A program made the position numbers and the translations under genes. A DNA stretch of 63,988 bases, the filler included, from an uncultured Methanoregulaceae archaeon (lineage in GTDB: Archaea > Halobacteriota > Methanomicrobia > Methanomicrobiales > Methanospirillaceae): assembly GCA_964530035.1 (NCBI GenBank). It is 10 parts of 10 records of this genome, joined end to end, with 100 filler letters (N's around TTAATTAATTAA, not from the genome) between each part and the next. Parts side by side here need not be neighbours in the genome. Positions count along the whole stretch, not along the records: positions 6,724 to 13,344 come from CAZGXZ010000150.1; positions 13,445 to 19,989 come from CAZGXZ010000151.1; positions 20,090 to 26,595 come from CAZGXZ010000152.1; 7 more parts are not named here. One strand, 5' to 3'. This document shows positions 9,765 to 20,901 of this stretch, piece after piece; position 1 is the stretch's first letter, and every line of letters starts with the position of its first letter. The notes under the pieces were generated by a model. It worked only from the letters and a program-made list of their open reading frames with translations. It was not told the origin of the DNA and did no database searches.

Positions 9765-12700
9765 ATGATCGAAGAGGTGTCAGATTACAACCGCCGGACC
9801 GGGTCGCGTTCCCGTACCTGCGGCGTCCCGGAGCACCCCGGCCATGAAAGCCGGGAAAAGATGATTTTCACCGCCAATGACCGGCAGAAAGAAGGCCATT
9901 GTACCACCGTCATCCATTTCAGCGGGCGTCCGGGACGTTCATCACACCCATGTCACCGGAAGCCGCCAGGGCTCAGGGGGCCCTCCCATTTCCAGCCTGC
10001 ATCCGTCCGGTGCAGGAAAAAATGGCATTTCCCGCTTGCACACCTCCTTTTTGTCCTTGCCGTTCTTCTTTCCGTCCTTTTTTTCGTTTCCCCCGCCCTT
10101 GCCGATGACGCTGCCGCTGCCACGACAGAGGATACGTCCCCCCCTCCGGCTGACACCGGAACGGAAGCCACGGGAACGACGACGACCGTGGACACGTCAC
10201 AAGACCAGTCAACCGGCACATCAGATCCCAGTTCCTTTTCAGGCATTGATTCCTCACCACCCTCAACCGATTTTTCAGGCACGAGCGATGAATCCACCCC
10301 CACCTCACCCCTTCCGGAAACGACGCCGGTAGAGACGGTTGACACTGCCGCCGGGACGACCCCTGCTCCCGAAACCGGTCCGGCAGAAACGGAGGTCACC
10401 GGTACGGCGCCGGTCCCTGAAGTGACCGGTACCCCAGGCATGGAGCCCACGCCGACAGGGGAGCCTGGCAGCCCCGGCAGCATCCCCACGGAGACGCCTG
10501 CCGCCATCCAGCCCCCGGGACCGGAAACGAACGCGACAACAGAAACAGGAGCTTCGTCCGGGTCGCTTTCCCCGGCCACCATGGGCCAGGGGATATTCGA
10601 CATCCAGGTGAACAGCACGGCGGCCGGTGAGCCATCCGGGGTATCGGACGCATCAGGCGGCGCGGGCCTTTCACTCCCGGCAGCGAATGTGACCGGCAGC
10701 GGAACGGAAGCAGCGTCGGCGACGCAGGCGGTCACCGACCTCTTTTCCGTGGCGGCGGTGAACAACACCTCGGCTACGGAGGGCCCGCAGTACAGCTGGT
10801 CCGACCCGCTCCTCAACACGTCTGCTGACAACCAGTACTACCACGAAGCAGGGGCCGGCAAGGGGTACTGGAACATCAACGAGTCCGGGCATGTCTGGAC
10901 CTTCGACTTCGCCGGGCAGGAGTTCTCGACGACGAACCCCTTCGCCGTCTTTATCAGCGCCTCTGCCGTGGTCCTCGACGGCATGGGCAAGGTCCTCAAC
11001 GGGAACAACCAGGCGGACTACGGCATCAAGGTTGAAAGTCCCGTGTCTGGTGGCTCGCTTGCCGACATCAAGGTCAGCAACCTGACGCTGACCGGCTTCC
11101 GGGTCGCGGGCATCTTCTTCAACTCGGTCGTGAATACCGGGTCGGTCGGGGGCGGCTACACGATGGCCGAGTCGGAGATATCGGGCGTGACCGCAACCAA
11201 CAACACGGGCGACGGCATCCTGATCAAGAATTCCCGGTATGTGAGCGTCACGAACTCCGACCTCTCGTACAATACCGGGAACGGGATCCAGGTCCAGGGA
11301 ACCTCGTACGGTGCCGCCCAGTACCTTACCTTCGCGGACAACCGGTTCTTCAACAACATCTTTTCAGGAATTCACATCTATAACTTCGAGAACGGCAACG
11401 GAGGGGCTCGTTACGTCAAGATACAGAACAACACCCTCTCGGGCGGACCCCAGTTCAAGACTCAGTACGGGATCCTTTCGAGGGGGTTCTACAGCAGCTC
11501 CAACACGATAACCAACAACACCCTCTCGAACTTCTCTACCGGTGGGATAGAAATTCTCGACCAGGGCAATGACTACAACACCATCACCTGGAACCGCATC
11601 ACGAGCTCGGGGAACGGCATCCGGCTCGCGGGCTCCAACCATAACTCTGTCGAGAACAATACCCTTGATAATGCAAAGATCTACCTTGACGACGCTTCGT
11701 ACAACACCGTCCGCAACAACACCGTGGAACACGCGGGCATAGGGATCCGGGCAATCGGGTATGAGTGGTATGGCTTCACCCTGACAGGGAACACCATAAC
11801 AGGCAATCGGGTCTCGAACGGGACAACGGGTATTTCCGTCGGAGGTCTGGGGGGCAGCAACACCGTCTCCGGGAACACCGTGTCAGGCAACTCGGAGGAT
11901 GGGATCCTGCTCGGCAACCAGAACAATTCCATCATACGGGACAACCTTGTCACTGACAACAACGGCAACGGCATCAGGCTGACGGGAGCGTTCTTCAGCA
12001 CGGTCAGGAACAACACGGTTACCGGAAGTGAACAGACCGGCCTGTTCCTGGACTCTTCGGGATCCACCACCCTGCAGAACAACACGATTGACTCGAACCA
12101 TTATAACTTCGGGATGACGGGCTCGCTGGACGCCCATTTCATCCAGACAATTGACGCATCGAACACCGTCAACGGGAAGACAATCGGGTATTTCCGGAAT
12201 GCCCGGAACCTGACCCTTGACGGCTCCTCGAACCTCGGGACCGTGTACGTGGTATCGTCCGAGAACGTCACCGTCCGCGACCTCGACCTCCACGGCAACG
12301 TGAACGGCGTGTTCTTCTGGAAGACGGCGAACTCGACGGTCGCACAGGTGAACACGTCCGGGAACATGTTCGGGGCCCGGGCATACAACTCGGAAAACAC
12401 CACGATTACCGGGCTTGTCTCGAACAACAACGAATACGACGGCCTCTACCTGTCCCAGTCCCACAACAGCACGGTTACCTCCGGCACCTTTTCCAGCAAC
12501 AGGAGGGACGGGATCGATGTCTTCTCCTCGCACCGGGTGAACCTGACCGGGAATACCGTCGAAGACAACGCGAGGTATGGAATCCTCATCGACGACTCGA
12601 ACGCCTCAACCCTCCATGCCAACACGATGGCCGGAAACCAGTACGACATCAGGCTCGAGGGGATCCTGGACACCCACTCCATCGACCAGGCCAACACGGC

Positions 12701-13344
12701 AGGGGGGAAGCCGGTCGGGTACTTCAGGGACCTGAAGGACACGGTCCTTGACGGCAGCATGTTCGGCGGGCTCCTCTTCCTGTTCAATGCTGAAAACGTC
12801 ACCGTACGGGACGTGAACCTCACCAACGCGGGGAATGGAGTATACCTCTCAGGTTCCTCCAACATCTCGCTTGAGCACCTTACCGTTTCCGGCGTGAACG
12901 ACCCGGGCGTCAACATCACCGGGGGACGGAACGTATCAGTACTAGGCAGCAGCATCCGGGGGACCACCCAGGAAGGGGTCCGGCTTTCCGGGTCGGACGG
13001 CTTCAACGTCTCGGGCAACACGGTCATGAACGGGACGACCGGCATCTCCATAACCAGTTCAACAAACGGCGTCGTTGCAGGGAACACCGTTACCAACAGC
13101 TCCTCACGCGGTATGTACCTGAACCTGGTCGATGACAGCACCATCAGGGACAACCTGGTCATGAACAACCGCGGAGGAGGGATCTCCATCAGGGGGGACC
13201 GCGACCTCGTCTCAGACAATGTCCTGCTATCGAACAACGGGGCCGGACTCACCATCGCGGGGGGCACGGGGACCCGGGTATTCAACACGACCTCCACGGG
13301 GAACTCGTACGGCCTGTACCTCAGCGGGTCTCCCGTCTCCAACA
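9765..13344 (+). CDS. Secreted/surface right-handed beta-helix (NosD/PbH1 repeat) protein, 3' truncated, start uncertain
   Basis: Signal-like segment LLFVLAVLLSVLFFVSPALA, Thr/Pro/Glu-rich linker, then many N-x-I-x-x-N / GI-x-L repeats with NxS/T sequons. Confidence 0.85.
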
Positions 13345-13494
13345 NNNNNNNNNNNNNNNNNNNNNNNNNNNNNNNNNNNNNNNNNNNNTTAATTAATTAA
13401 NNNNNNNNNNNNNNNNNNNNNNNNNNNNNNNNNNNNNNNNNNNNTCTCACCAGAGCCTTCCCTTACGGACGTGAAAAAAACAGGTAAAAATGTA

Positions 13495-15585
13495 TTAATT
13501 CTTTTTCAGGGACGGCATGATCGATTTCAGGAAGCGGGTTATGGGGACCATCTTGCCGCTCCTGACCTCGACCTTCTTCTCCCACGACGGGTAACCGGCG
13601 AGCGTCAGGTTGACCACATGGGTGCCGACCGACAGCTCCTTTACGGTAATAGGGCTTAATCCCATGTCTTTTCCATCAATCGTGACTGTTGCACCTGAAG
13701 GTACGGTCGTGACACGGATGCTGCCGGTATGGACAACCGCGGGTGTGAGGATGATCTTACCGCTGTTGGTCACCTTTCCCTTCTTTACCTGGAGGGTCTT
13801 TTTCCAGGAGTCATACCCTGCCATCTCGAGCATGACTGATGCCGCACCGGGGGTAAGGCCGCTCACCACGAGAGGAGTCTCGCCTTTCTTCTCACCGCCG
13901 ATGTACACGCTGGCCCCCTTCGGGATCGACACGAGTCGTATCGACCCTGAACTGCTGTCTGATACCGACTGGCCTGCTGCAGCATGGGTGTTCCAGGCCG
14001 GGACGATGGTGGTCGGAAGAGGAAGGAACGAGGTCCCCGTGCTTCCCGATGTGGTGTTCGTGACCGTTCCGGCGGCTTGGGGTTTTCCGTTCCTGACCTG
14101 CGCGATTTTCAGGTCCTCTTCGGATCCTGTCCCGCCGTCCATGGCATACAGGACCGGATAGAGGACCCAGGTGTTATACAGCATTCTCGGCATCCCGTTC
14201 TGGTCAGTCCCAAACAGGGAGGGGTAGCCAGTGTAGGACAGGGGTTCCTTCTGCCAGCCGGAATCCGTCCTTGCATGATAGGTGATAGTCCCGGAGGTCC
14301 AGTCTGTCGTGATGGCACGGAGGGTCCCTGACTTGTCAAACTGGACAATATCAGCGTAGCTGATGCCTGATGGCTCGTCATGCCATCCCGAACCATCGCG
14401 ATATGCATAATGGAGACTTCCGTCATTGTAGTCGCTGTATGCTGTCCGCGTTATTCCTGAGGCATCCACCATGAGCCCATAGGCATACCCGGAGAATGGG
14501 GTGGTCTCGGTATGCCATCCGGAGGCGTCCTTCCAGGCATACTTGAGCGCCCCTGAATACCCGTCACCATACAGGAGGGCGGGGTCGCCTGCAGGAGAAC
14601 AGGTGAAGGTGTTCAGGAAACCGGCGGTATCGATGGTCTCGTTGTGCCACCCTGATGCGTCCTTCCACGCAAATCCTAGTGGCGGAACATCCGGTGTCCT
14701 CTTGGCGGAAATGCTGATGCTCGGGTCGTAAACAGTGGACACGGTCCCGGTAGTGGTCCCGTCAGGGTTCAGCTGTTCTCCCGGAGGCGCCTCCTTGACC
14801 ATGATATCGGGAGGAGGGACATCTCCTTCGGGAGCAGGCACATCACCTTCAGGGCCGGGGAGCACATCGACCACGGGAACGGTCCGGTATACGTCTTCCG
14901 TGTAGATCGCCCTTGGAATCCCATCGGCAGGGATGATCATTGCCGAGGGTATGGCACTGAATGGAAGCGTTTCACTCGTCCAGCCGGACGGCCCGCGGAA
15001 CGTAAAGCCAAGGGTCTTCCCCTCCCACTGGTAGTTGAGCATCGATGGGACGCCGTTTGCATCATAGGCCATGACATCGGCATAGGGAATACCCGGGACA
15101 GGTTCTGACTGCCATACCCCGCCCTGTCGCCAGACATAGGAGAGCCCGTCATATTCCTTGTTGTTCATCATCATGTGCGGCTCACCGGCCTGGTCAAGAG
15201 CGATCGATGACCCGTACCCGGAAACGGTGACAGGCTCTGTTTTCCAGCCCGATGCATCCTTCCAGGCATAGGTCGTCGTGCCTTCAGACCAGTTTGTCGT
15301 TATAATATGCGGAAAACCGGACGAATCAAAGGCTGAAAGGTCTGCGTACCCAGCGATGGGCAGGGATTCATTCTGCCACCCCGCTTCGGACTTCCATGCG
15401 AACTGAGGTTGCGGGGGGATATACTCGATCGGTGAGACAGGCTCGTCGATGGCCGGCATAGGCACTGGCACCGCGATCGTTTCGTTCCCTTCGGGAAGAA
15501 CGACATCCAGCGCCAGCACCGGAGCTATAAAGGCCGTACCTATGAGCACGGCTATCAGTATCCAGAGAGGTGTACGAGGATTCAT
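13495..15585 (-). CDS. Secreted repeat protein (eight YAWKDASGW-type repeats, probable beta-propeller) with two C-terminal PEGA domains
   Basis: N-terminal signal peptide; repeats FAWKSEAGW, YAWKDASGW, YVWRQGGVW, FTFRGPSGW, FAWKDASGW, YAWKDASGW, YAYRDGSGW, YHARTDSGW; PEGA motifs GSIRLVSIPKGASVYIGG and GSIRVTTVPSGATVTIDG. Confidence 0.85.
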   Translation of the reverse strand: MNPRTPLWILIAVLIGTAFIAPVLALDVVLPEGNETIAVPVPMPAIDEPVSPIEYIPPQPQFAWKSEAGWQNESLPIAGYADLSAFDSSGFPHIITTNWSEGTTTYAWKDASGWKTEPVTVSGYGSSIALDQAGEPHMMMNNKEYDGLSYVWRQGGVWQSEPVPGIPYADVMAYDANGVPSMLNYQWEGKTLGFTFRGPSGWTSETLPFSAIPSAMIIPADGIPRAIYTEDVYRTVPVVDVLPGPEGDVPAPEGDVPPPDIMVKEAPPGEQLNPDGTTTGTVSTVYDPSISISAKRTPDVPPLGFAWKDASGWHNETIDTAGFLNTFTCSPAGDPALLYGDGYSGALKYAWKDASGWHTETTPFSGYAYGLMVDASGITRTAYSDYNDGSLHYAYRDGSGWHDEPSGISYADIVQFDKSGTLRAITTDWTSGTITYHARTDSGWQKEPLSYTGYPSLFGTDQNGMPRMLYNTWVLYPVLYAMDGGTGSEEDLKIAQVRNGKPQAAGTVTNTTSGSTGTSFLPLPTTIVPAWNTHAAAGQSVSDSSSGSIRLVSIPKGASVYIGGEKKGETPLVVSGLTPGAASVMLEMAGYDSWKKTLQVKKGKVTNSGKIILTPAVVHTGSIRVTTVPSGATVTIDGKDMGLSPITVKELSVGTHVVNLTLAGYPSWEKKVEVRSGKMVPITRFLKSIMPSLKKN

Positions 15586-15797
15586 GCATTCATCACCTGG
15601 TGGTCGGACTTTCTTGTCGGAGTACCCCGGGCACCTTCCCCTGCGGCCCGGGTAATCCGCACCCTTCGAACAATCCGTACCTCAACATCCGTACCGGAAG
15701 GTATAAAGGCTAATTGGTCCTTCCACCTGAGGGCTCCTGTGGTAAAATAAGGGAACGCCAAGACTTATATGTCCTGCAGGGGGAAATGTGTGCTTGT

Positions 15798-16250
15798 ATG
15801 GAGCCGGTCAGGTGTTCCGTAACCGGGGTATTCGTTGCGTCATCGGAACAGGGATCGGCACCCGTTGTCCTGGTGTCGCCGGGTGACGGGAAGGTAATAC
15901 CCATTTTCATCGGGCTCTTTGAAGCGATATCAATCAACTCCGCGCTCCGCCATGACACGCCCCCGAGGCCGATGACCCACGACCTGATCATCACCCTCAT
16001 AGAAGCCTGCGGAGCAGAGCTCTCCGCGGTCACCATCGACCAGATAGAGGAGGGAGTCTATTTTGCACGGCTCGTCATTACCAGGGACGGCCACGAGTTC
16101 TCCCTGGACTGCAGGCCGAGTGATGGCATTGCCATCGCCGTCCGGGCGGGTGCTGATGTGCTCGTGGATGAAAGTGTCATCGACACAACCGCCGTTTACC
16201 GGGACCAGCTCACGAGTCTTTCCGACATCGACTCGTGCCTGGGGCGGTAG
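15798..16250 (+). CDS. Bifunctional nuclease family protein (DUF151)
   Basis: IPIFIGLFEAISI, PRPMTHDL, LDCRPSDGIAIAVR. Confidence 0.92.
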   Translation: MEPVRCSVTGVFVASSEQGSAPVVLVSPGDGKVIPIFIGLFEAISINSALRHDTPPRPMTHDLIITLIEACGAELSAVTIDQIEEGVYFARLVITRDGHEFSLDCRPSDGIAIAVRAGADVLVDESVIDTTAVYRDQLTSLSDIDSCLGR

Positions 16251-16252
16251 AC

Positions 16253-16546
16253 CTATCTCCGGCGCCGGGAGATCTCGTCAAATACGGGTTGAAGCCCTGT
16301 ACCCGAGGCCCTGAGGGCGATCATGACATGAAAAAAAAGGTCTGCGGCCTCCTCGGTGATGCGGGCGGTATCCCCGTTCTTAACTGCGATGATGAACTCC
16401 GTTGATTCCTCACCCACCTTCTCAAGGGCCTTGTCGATCCCTTTCGGGTCGGTGAGGACCCGCGAGACATACGAACCCGGGGAGGGGTGGTCCGATCGGT
16501 CCTCGATAACCTCATAGACCTCTGCAAGGACCTCCGGGCCGCTCAT
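16253..16546 (-). CDS. hisE: Phosphoribosyl-ATP pyrophosphatase
   Basis: SYVSRVL...KVGEESTE...EAADLFFH motifs. Confidence 0.95.
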   Translation of the reverse strand: MSGPEVLAEVYEVIEDRSDHPSPGSYVSRVLTDPKGIDKALEKVGEESTEFIIAVKNGDTARITEEAADLFFHVMIALRASGTGLQPVFDEISRRRR

Positions 16547-16986
16547 GGCTCTTCAACCTCCGGGACCACATCCCCGACCTCCGTCTCAAAGAAACGACGG
16601 AGGAGCATCCTGGCTTTTTCGATGGTGCAACCACCTTTTCCTATCGCAATACCGACATCGGCCTTTTTTCTGACTGTGGCATTCAGCCTGTTCGTGGCCT
16701 CGTCCTTCTGTACGCGGATCATCTCTGCCGGCTTGAAGATATTTGCGAGAAATTCCTCGGGGGTATCGGCGTACTCCACCATCTCCACCTTTCTCCCGAG
16801 CACGTTCTGCATCCTCCTGATATTGTCCCCTTTCTTCCCGATTGCGAGCCCCATGTCACCCTGTCGGATGACGTAGATGATCCGGTCGAAACGTTCGTCG
16901 ATGATGCAGTCGATTGCGGTTGATTTGGTGAGGATACGAAGTTCTTCGATATATCTGCGCTCTTTAAAACTGATGGTACGTTCCAT
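16543..16986 (-). CDS. nusA: Archaeal NusA-like two-KH-domain protein
   Basis: Two KH GxxG loops (MGLAIGKKGDNI, VGIAIGKGGCTI) and VEMVEY. Confidence 0.85.
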   Translation of the reverse strand: MERTISFKERRYIEELRILTKSTAIDCIIDERFDRIIYVIRQGDMGLAIGKKGDNIRRMQNVLGRKVEMVEYADTPEEFLANIFKPAEMIRVQKDEATNRLNATVRKKADVGIAIGKGGCTIEKARMLLRRFFETEVGDVVPEVEEP

Positions 16987-17186
16987 TTAAATATCCTTGC
17001 CCTAATCTATGCACAAGGGAGTACTAAAGAGTTATTATCTCGCACCTTTTCATCAGAACAAGCCTTTTTTCCTGCCATCGCGTGACTTGCGCCAGGGACT
17101 GTGAGGTAGCGGCTCCTGTTGCTTCCGGAACGAAAAGGAAAAAAAACAGGGAGAATGAAAACCCCGGGGTGATTTTTCTGCCTTGA

Positions 17187-17909
17187 TCAGGAGATCAGGT
17201 AGTTTACGGTTACCGAGGCGGTCACCGTCAGCGTCCCTGCTTCAATAGGAGTGGAGGCCATCTCCTTTGATGCTGCTCCGTAGTTTGTATCGTAGCGGAC
17301 AGGTGCAGGATAATAGCCTGATATTGTTGCGTCCTTTACCCCGGTGATGTTGACACCGAGCGATCCGGCTACCGTGTCAGCATCCCGGCGGCTGTTGGCG
17401 ACTGCGAGCTGGAGCGCCTGGCCCCGGACCGACTGCTCGGTCGCATCGCTCAGGGTGAACGTGACCGATCTCACCTGGTTCGCGCCGGCCTGGACACCGG
17501 TATCAACGACATCACCGGCCCTGGTGACATTTCGCACCGTGACCATGACCATGTTCGACACCCGGTAGAGCTTCACCTTTCGTGAAAATGCAGAGCCGGG
17601 GTCTTCGTATACGAGGTCTATCGAATATCCTGTCGTCCGGATATCCTCCTTCGCAATGCCGAGCGATCCTATGGCAGCTACTACAGCAGCCATTTTCTGG
17701 GCGTTTTCAGCCTGTGCCACCTTGACATCGGCGTTCTCGGTGAGGACCCCGAGGGTTACCATGGCTTCGTCAGGAGCGATCAGGACCTCCCCTGTCCCCG
17801 ATGCCGTGATGACACGGTCCTTGGTCTCTTCGGCCGCCGCCGCCAGTCCGGTGATGCACGCACCGATCAGGCACACCATCGCCGCAAGAGCTAGTACTTT
17901 GTGCTGCAT
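17187..17909 (-). CDS. SIMPL/DUF541 secreted protein
   Basis: Signal peptide; ITASGTGEVLIAPDEAMVTLGV, DIRTTGYSI, GANQV, LTVTASVTVNY. Confidence 0.9.
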   Translation of the reverse strand: MQHKVLALAAMVCLIGACITGLAAAAEETKDRVITASGTGEVLIAPDEAMVTLGVLTENADVKVAQAENAQKMAAVVAAIGSLGIAKEDIRTTGYSIDLVYEDPGSAFSRKVKLYRVSNMVMVTVRNVTRAGDVVDTGVQAGANQVRSVTFTLSDATEQSVRGQALQLAVANSRRDADTVAGSLGVNITGVKDATISGYYPAPVRYDTNYGAASKEMASTPIEAGTLTVTASVTVNYLIS

Positions 17910-18241
17910 AGCCGAGATTATGGAGATACCCGGTCATATAGCTGATCTAAAGAAGGAATATATTCGTAGTATCATGGAAATTTCAAAATTCTACGAAAAA
18001 TCGCTCTGGACCTTGCAAGGAACGGGATCTTCCTGCAGGGAGGCACGGCTCAGTCACGTTTCACACCAGTGATCGACGGGGAACCAGAATCAGGAGCCAT
18101 ACCAGGTACACCTATGCATAAACCCTGACTCTCCGGGGATCAAGGAGCCGGCAATCTCCCACCTGGTGCACTTCGCCCTCATATGCAGTCCTTCCACAAA
18201 GCCTGATAACAGCTCCGGCAAAATGATAAAGGGATCATCCA

Positions 18242-19498
18242 ATGGGTCAGACAATAAGTGAAAAGATATTTTCCCGTCACTGCGGGAACGAGGCACGGGC
18301 AGGTGATGTTGTCATGGCGCCGGTAGACGCAGCCATGATCCACGATATCACCGGTCCCCTTGCTATCGACTCCTTCAGAAAAATGGGTGGGACCAGGGTC
18401 TTTGACCCGGACAGGATCATATGCCTGTTTGACCACCAGGTCCCGGCTGATTCCCTCGAGGCTGCCCAGAACCAGGCGGAGATGCGAAGGTTCGCACAGG
18501 AACAGGGAATCCTCAATTATGACATCAGGGAGGGCGTTTGCCACCAGGTCGCCCTGGACAAGGGCAGGGTGGCCCCGGGAGATATCGTCATCGGGGCTGA
18601 CTCCCATACCTGCATGTATGGTGCCGTGGGTGCGTTCGCCACTGGAGTCGGGTCCACCGACATGGGATTTGCCCTCAAGTTCGGGGCCCTTTATTTCCGC
18701 GTCCCAGAGAGCATCAGGTGTTCCATTTCAGGCGCTTTCCAGGAGAGGGTCGGTGCGAAGGACCTCATCCTCACGATAATCGGCGATGTCGGGGCGGACG
18801 GGGCAACGTACAAGGCCGTTGAATTTACAGGAGGTCCCATTTCCTCCATGCCAATGGCAGGCAGGATGACCCTCTGCAACATGGCCATCGAGATGGGAGG
18901 GAAGGCCGGGATAGTCCCGCCGGATGACACTACCCTGAGATACTTCAGGGACATCGGAAAGTCCCCTGGTCCTGTCGACCTTACTCCCGATGACAGTGCA
19001 CGGTACTCCACCGAACTGAAGTACGATGCTTCCAGGCTCGGTCCGAAAGTCGCGGTCCCGCATAATGTTGACAAGGTCGTCGGGGTCGAAAAGGTCGCGG
19101 GCACCCCCATCGACCAGGTCTTCATCGGTTCCTGCACGAACGGACGCTATGAAGACTTCGTTGAGGCTGCCGGTGTCCTCGGGGACCGCAGGTTCAGCGA
19201 CCGGGTCCGGGTCATCATCATCCCCGCGTCCCGGGGAGAGTACCTGAAAACCCTGAGATCAGGGCTTATCGAACGGTTCGTCCTGGCAGGGGCTCTCGTC
19301 GAGGCCCCATGCTGTGGCCCGTGCATGGGTGGGGCATTCGGTCTCCTTGCGCCGGGTGAGGCGTCGCTCTCGACCTCGAACCGGAACTTCAAGGGCCGAC
19401 AGGGAAGCACCGAGGCAGAAGTCTACCTCTGCTCGCCGGCAACGGCGGCCGCGAGTGCCATCACGGGAGAGATAACAGACCCGAGGGAGGCGGCATGA
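18242..19498 (+). CDS. leuC: 3-isopropylmalate dehydratase large subunit (aconitase family, LeuC/HacA type)
   Basis: HDITGP, DHQVP, GVCHQ, GADSHT, IGSCTNGR, CGPCMG, STSNRNFKGRQG. Confidence 0.85.
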   Translation: MGQTISEKIFSRHCGNEARAGDVVMAPVDAAMIHDITGPLAIDSFRKMGGTRVFDPDRIICLFDHQVPADSLEAAQNQAEMRRFAQEQGILNYDIREGVCHQVALDKGRVAPGDIVIGADSHTCMYGAVGAFATGVGSTDMGFALKFGALYFRVPESIRCSISGAFQERVGAKDLILTIIGDVGADGATYKAVEFTGGPISSMPMAGRMTLCNMAIEMGGKAGIVPPDDTTLRYFRDIGKSPGPVDLTPDDSARYSTELKYDASRLGPKVAVPHNVDKVVGVEKVAGTPIDQVFIGSCTNGRYEDFVEAAGVLGDRRFSDRVRVIIIPASRGEYLKTLRSGLIERFVLAGALVEAPCCGPCMGGAFGLLAPGEASLSTSNRNFKGRQGSTEAEVYLCSPATAAASAITGEITDPREAA

Positions 19499-19989
19499 CA
19501 TCACGGGCATGGAAGTTCGGCGATGACATCGATACCGATGCCATCATACCTGGGAGGTTCCTCATCCTGAATGACGAGAAAGACCTTGCAAAACATGCGT
19601 TTGAAGGAACGAGGGACGAATTCGCATCATCTGTCCGGAAAGGCGATGTGGTCGTCGGAGGTTCCAATTTTGGGTGCGGTTCCTCTCGCGAGCACGCTCC
19701 TCTCGCCCTCAAAGGTGCCGGCGTGCGATATGTCATTGCCTCGTCGTTCGCACGGATATTCTACCGGAACGCGATCAACGTCGGCCTCATCCCCCTCATC
19801 TGCCACGAAGCGGGAAGCATCCGTGACCGGGCGGTCGTGGAGCTGTTCATAGCGGACGGGTACCTCACGGCAGACGGGGTCCGTCTCTCCATTGAACCCG
19901 TCCCGGCATTTTTCCAGACCATAGCAGATGCCGGGGGACTCGTCCCGTACGCCAGGGACCTGACGGAGGTGCAGGTATGTACCGCGTCG
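19495..19989 (+). CDS. leuD: 3-isopropylmalate dehydratase small subunit (stop codon cut by contig end)
   Basis: FGDDIDTDAIIPGRFL, NFGCGSSREHA, SFARIFYRN. The hydrophobic specificity loop (RFLIL rather than YLRT) favours IPMI over homoaconitase. An overlapping ATG at 19977 (MYRV..., GGAGGTG RBS) may start a leuB-like gene. Confidence 0.8.
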
Positions 19990-20089
19990 NNNNNNNNNNN
20001 NNNNNNNNNNNNNNNNNNNNNNNNNNNNNNNNNTTAATTAATTAANNNNNNNNNNNNNNNNNNNNNNNNNNNNNNNNNNNNNNNNNNNN

Positions 20090-20785
20090 GAACCGGGCGG
20101 GTATTCCCGCGGCACACATTACGCCTGTTCAGGAAGATACCTTGAAGCTGTGCGGTGGTTCGAACAGGTCCCTTCTGACAGTCCTGATTATGTAGATGCA
20201 CTTGTTGGAAAGGCGATGTGCCTCGACCGCATGGGTTTTTTCAGGGAGGCATTCTCTGTCTGCGCCGAGGCGGTGGAAAAAGGGCCGGTTAATGCGGACG
20301 CCTGGTTTATGATGGGTTTTTCCCTTTTCCACCTCTGCCAGTACAAGGATGCCATCAGTTGTGTCGATCATGCCGTGGGTATTGATTCCAGCCATCTTGA
20401 GGCCTGGTTTATCGGGGGTAACTGTCACTACCAGATGGGAGAGCTTGCGGAAGCCCTTCATGCCTATGAAAGCATTATAGAAGCCGAACCGCTCTATGCA
20501 AAGGCCTGGTACAACAAGGGCGTGTGCCTTTCCGACCTTGGGGAATACGAGGAGGCCGTACAGGCCTACGAGTCCTGTCTGTCAATCAATCCGGGCGTCG
20601 CTGTTGTCTGGACAAATAAAGGTACCGCCCTTGCCAGTCTCGGGAGGTTCATCGAAGCTCTCCACTGTTTTGAGATGGCCCTTGAGATTGACCCCCTTGA
20701 CAGAACCGCTGAACGTAATAAAAGTGAATGTGAGCGCCGTATACGCGAGGAGGAAAGGGCACAGGCAGACCCCTACCCGTTCTGA
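20090..20785 (+). CDS. TPR repeat protein (frame open back to contig start)
   Basis: Successive 34-aa TPR units (AWFMMG, AWFIGG, AWYNKG, VWTNKG). Confidence 0.9.
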   Translation, partial: EPGGYSRGTHYACSGRYLEAVRWFEQVPSDSPDYVDALVGKAMCLDRMGFFREAFSVCAEAVEKGPVNADAWFMMGFSLFHLCQYKDAISCVDHAVGIDSSHLEAWFIGGNCHYQMGELAEALHAYESIIEAEPLYAKAWYNKGVCLSDLGEYEEAVQAYESCLSINPGVAVVWTNKGTALASLGRFIEALHCFEMALEIDPLDRTAERNKSECERRIREEERAQADPYPF

Positions 20786-20901
20786 AGGTAATCCTGACCC
20801 GGGCCAGGCCAGGATGGATATCACCAGATGGGGTCTGTCTTCCTGAAAACGGGTATTCCCGTTCAGGGCTGAGATCCTGAATGTCAGTCGTACCATGAAC
20901 C

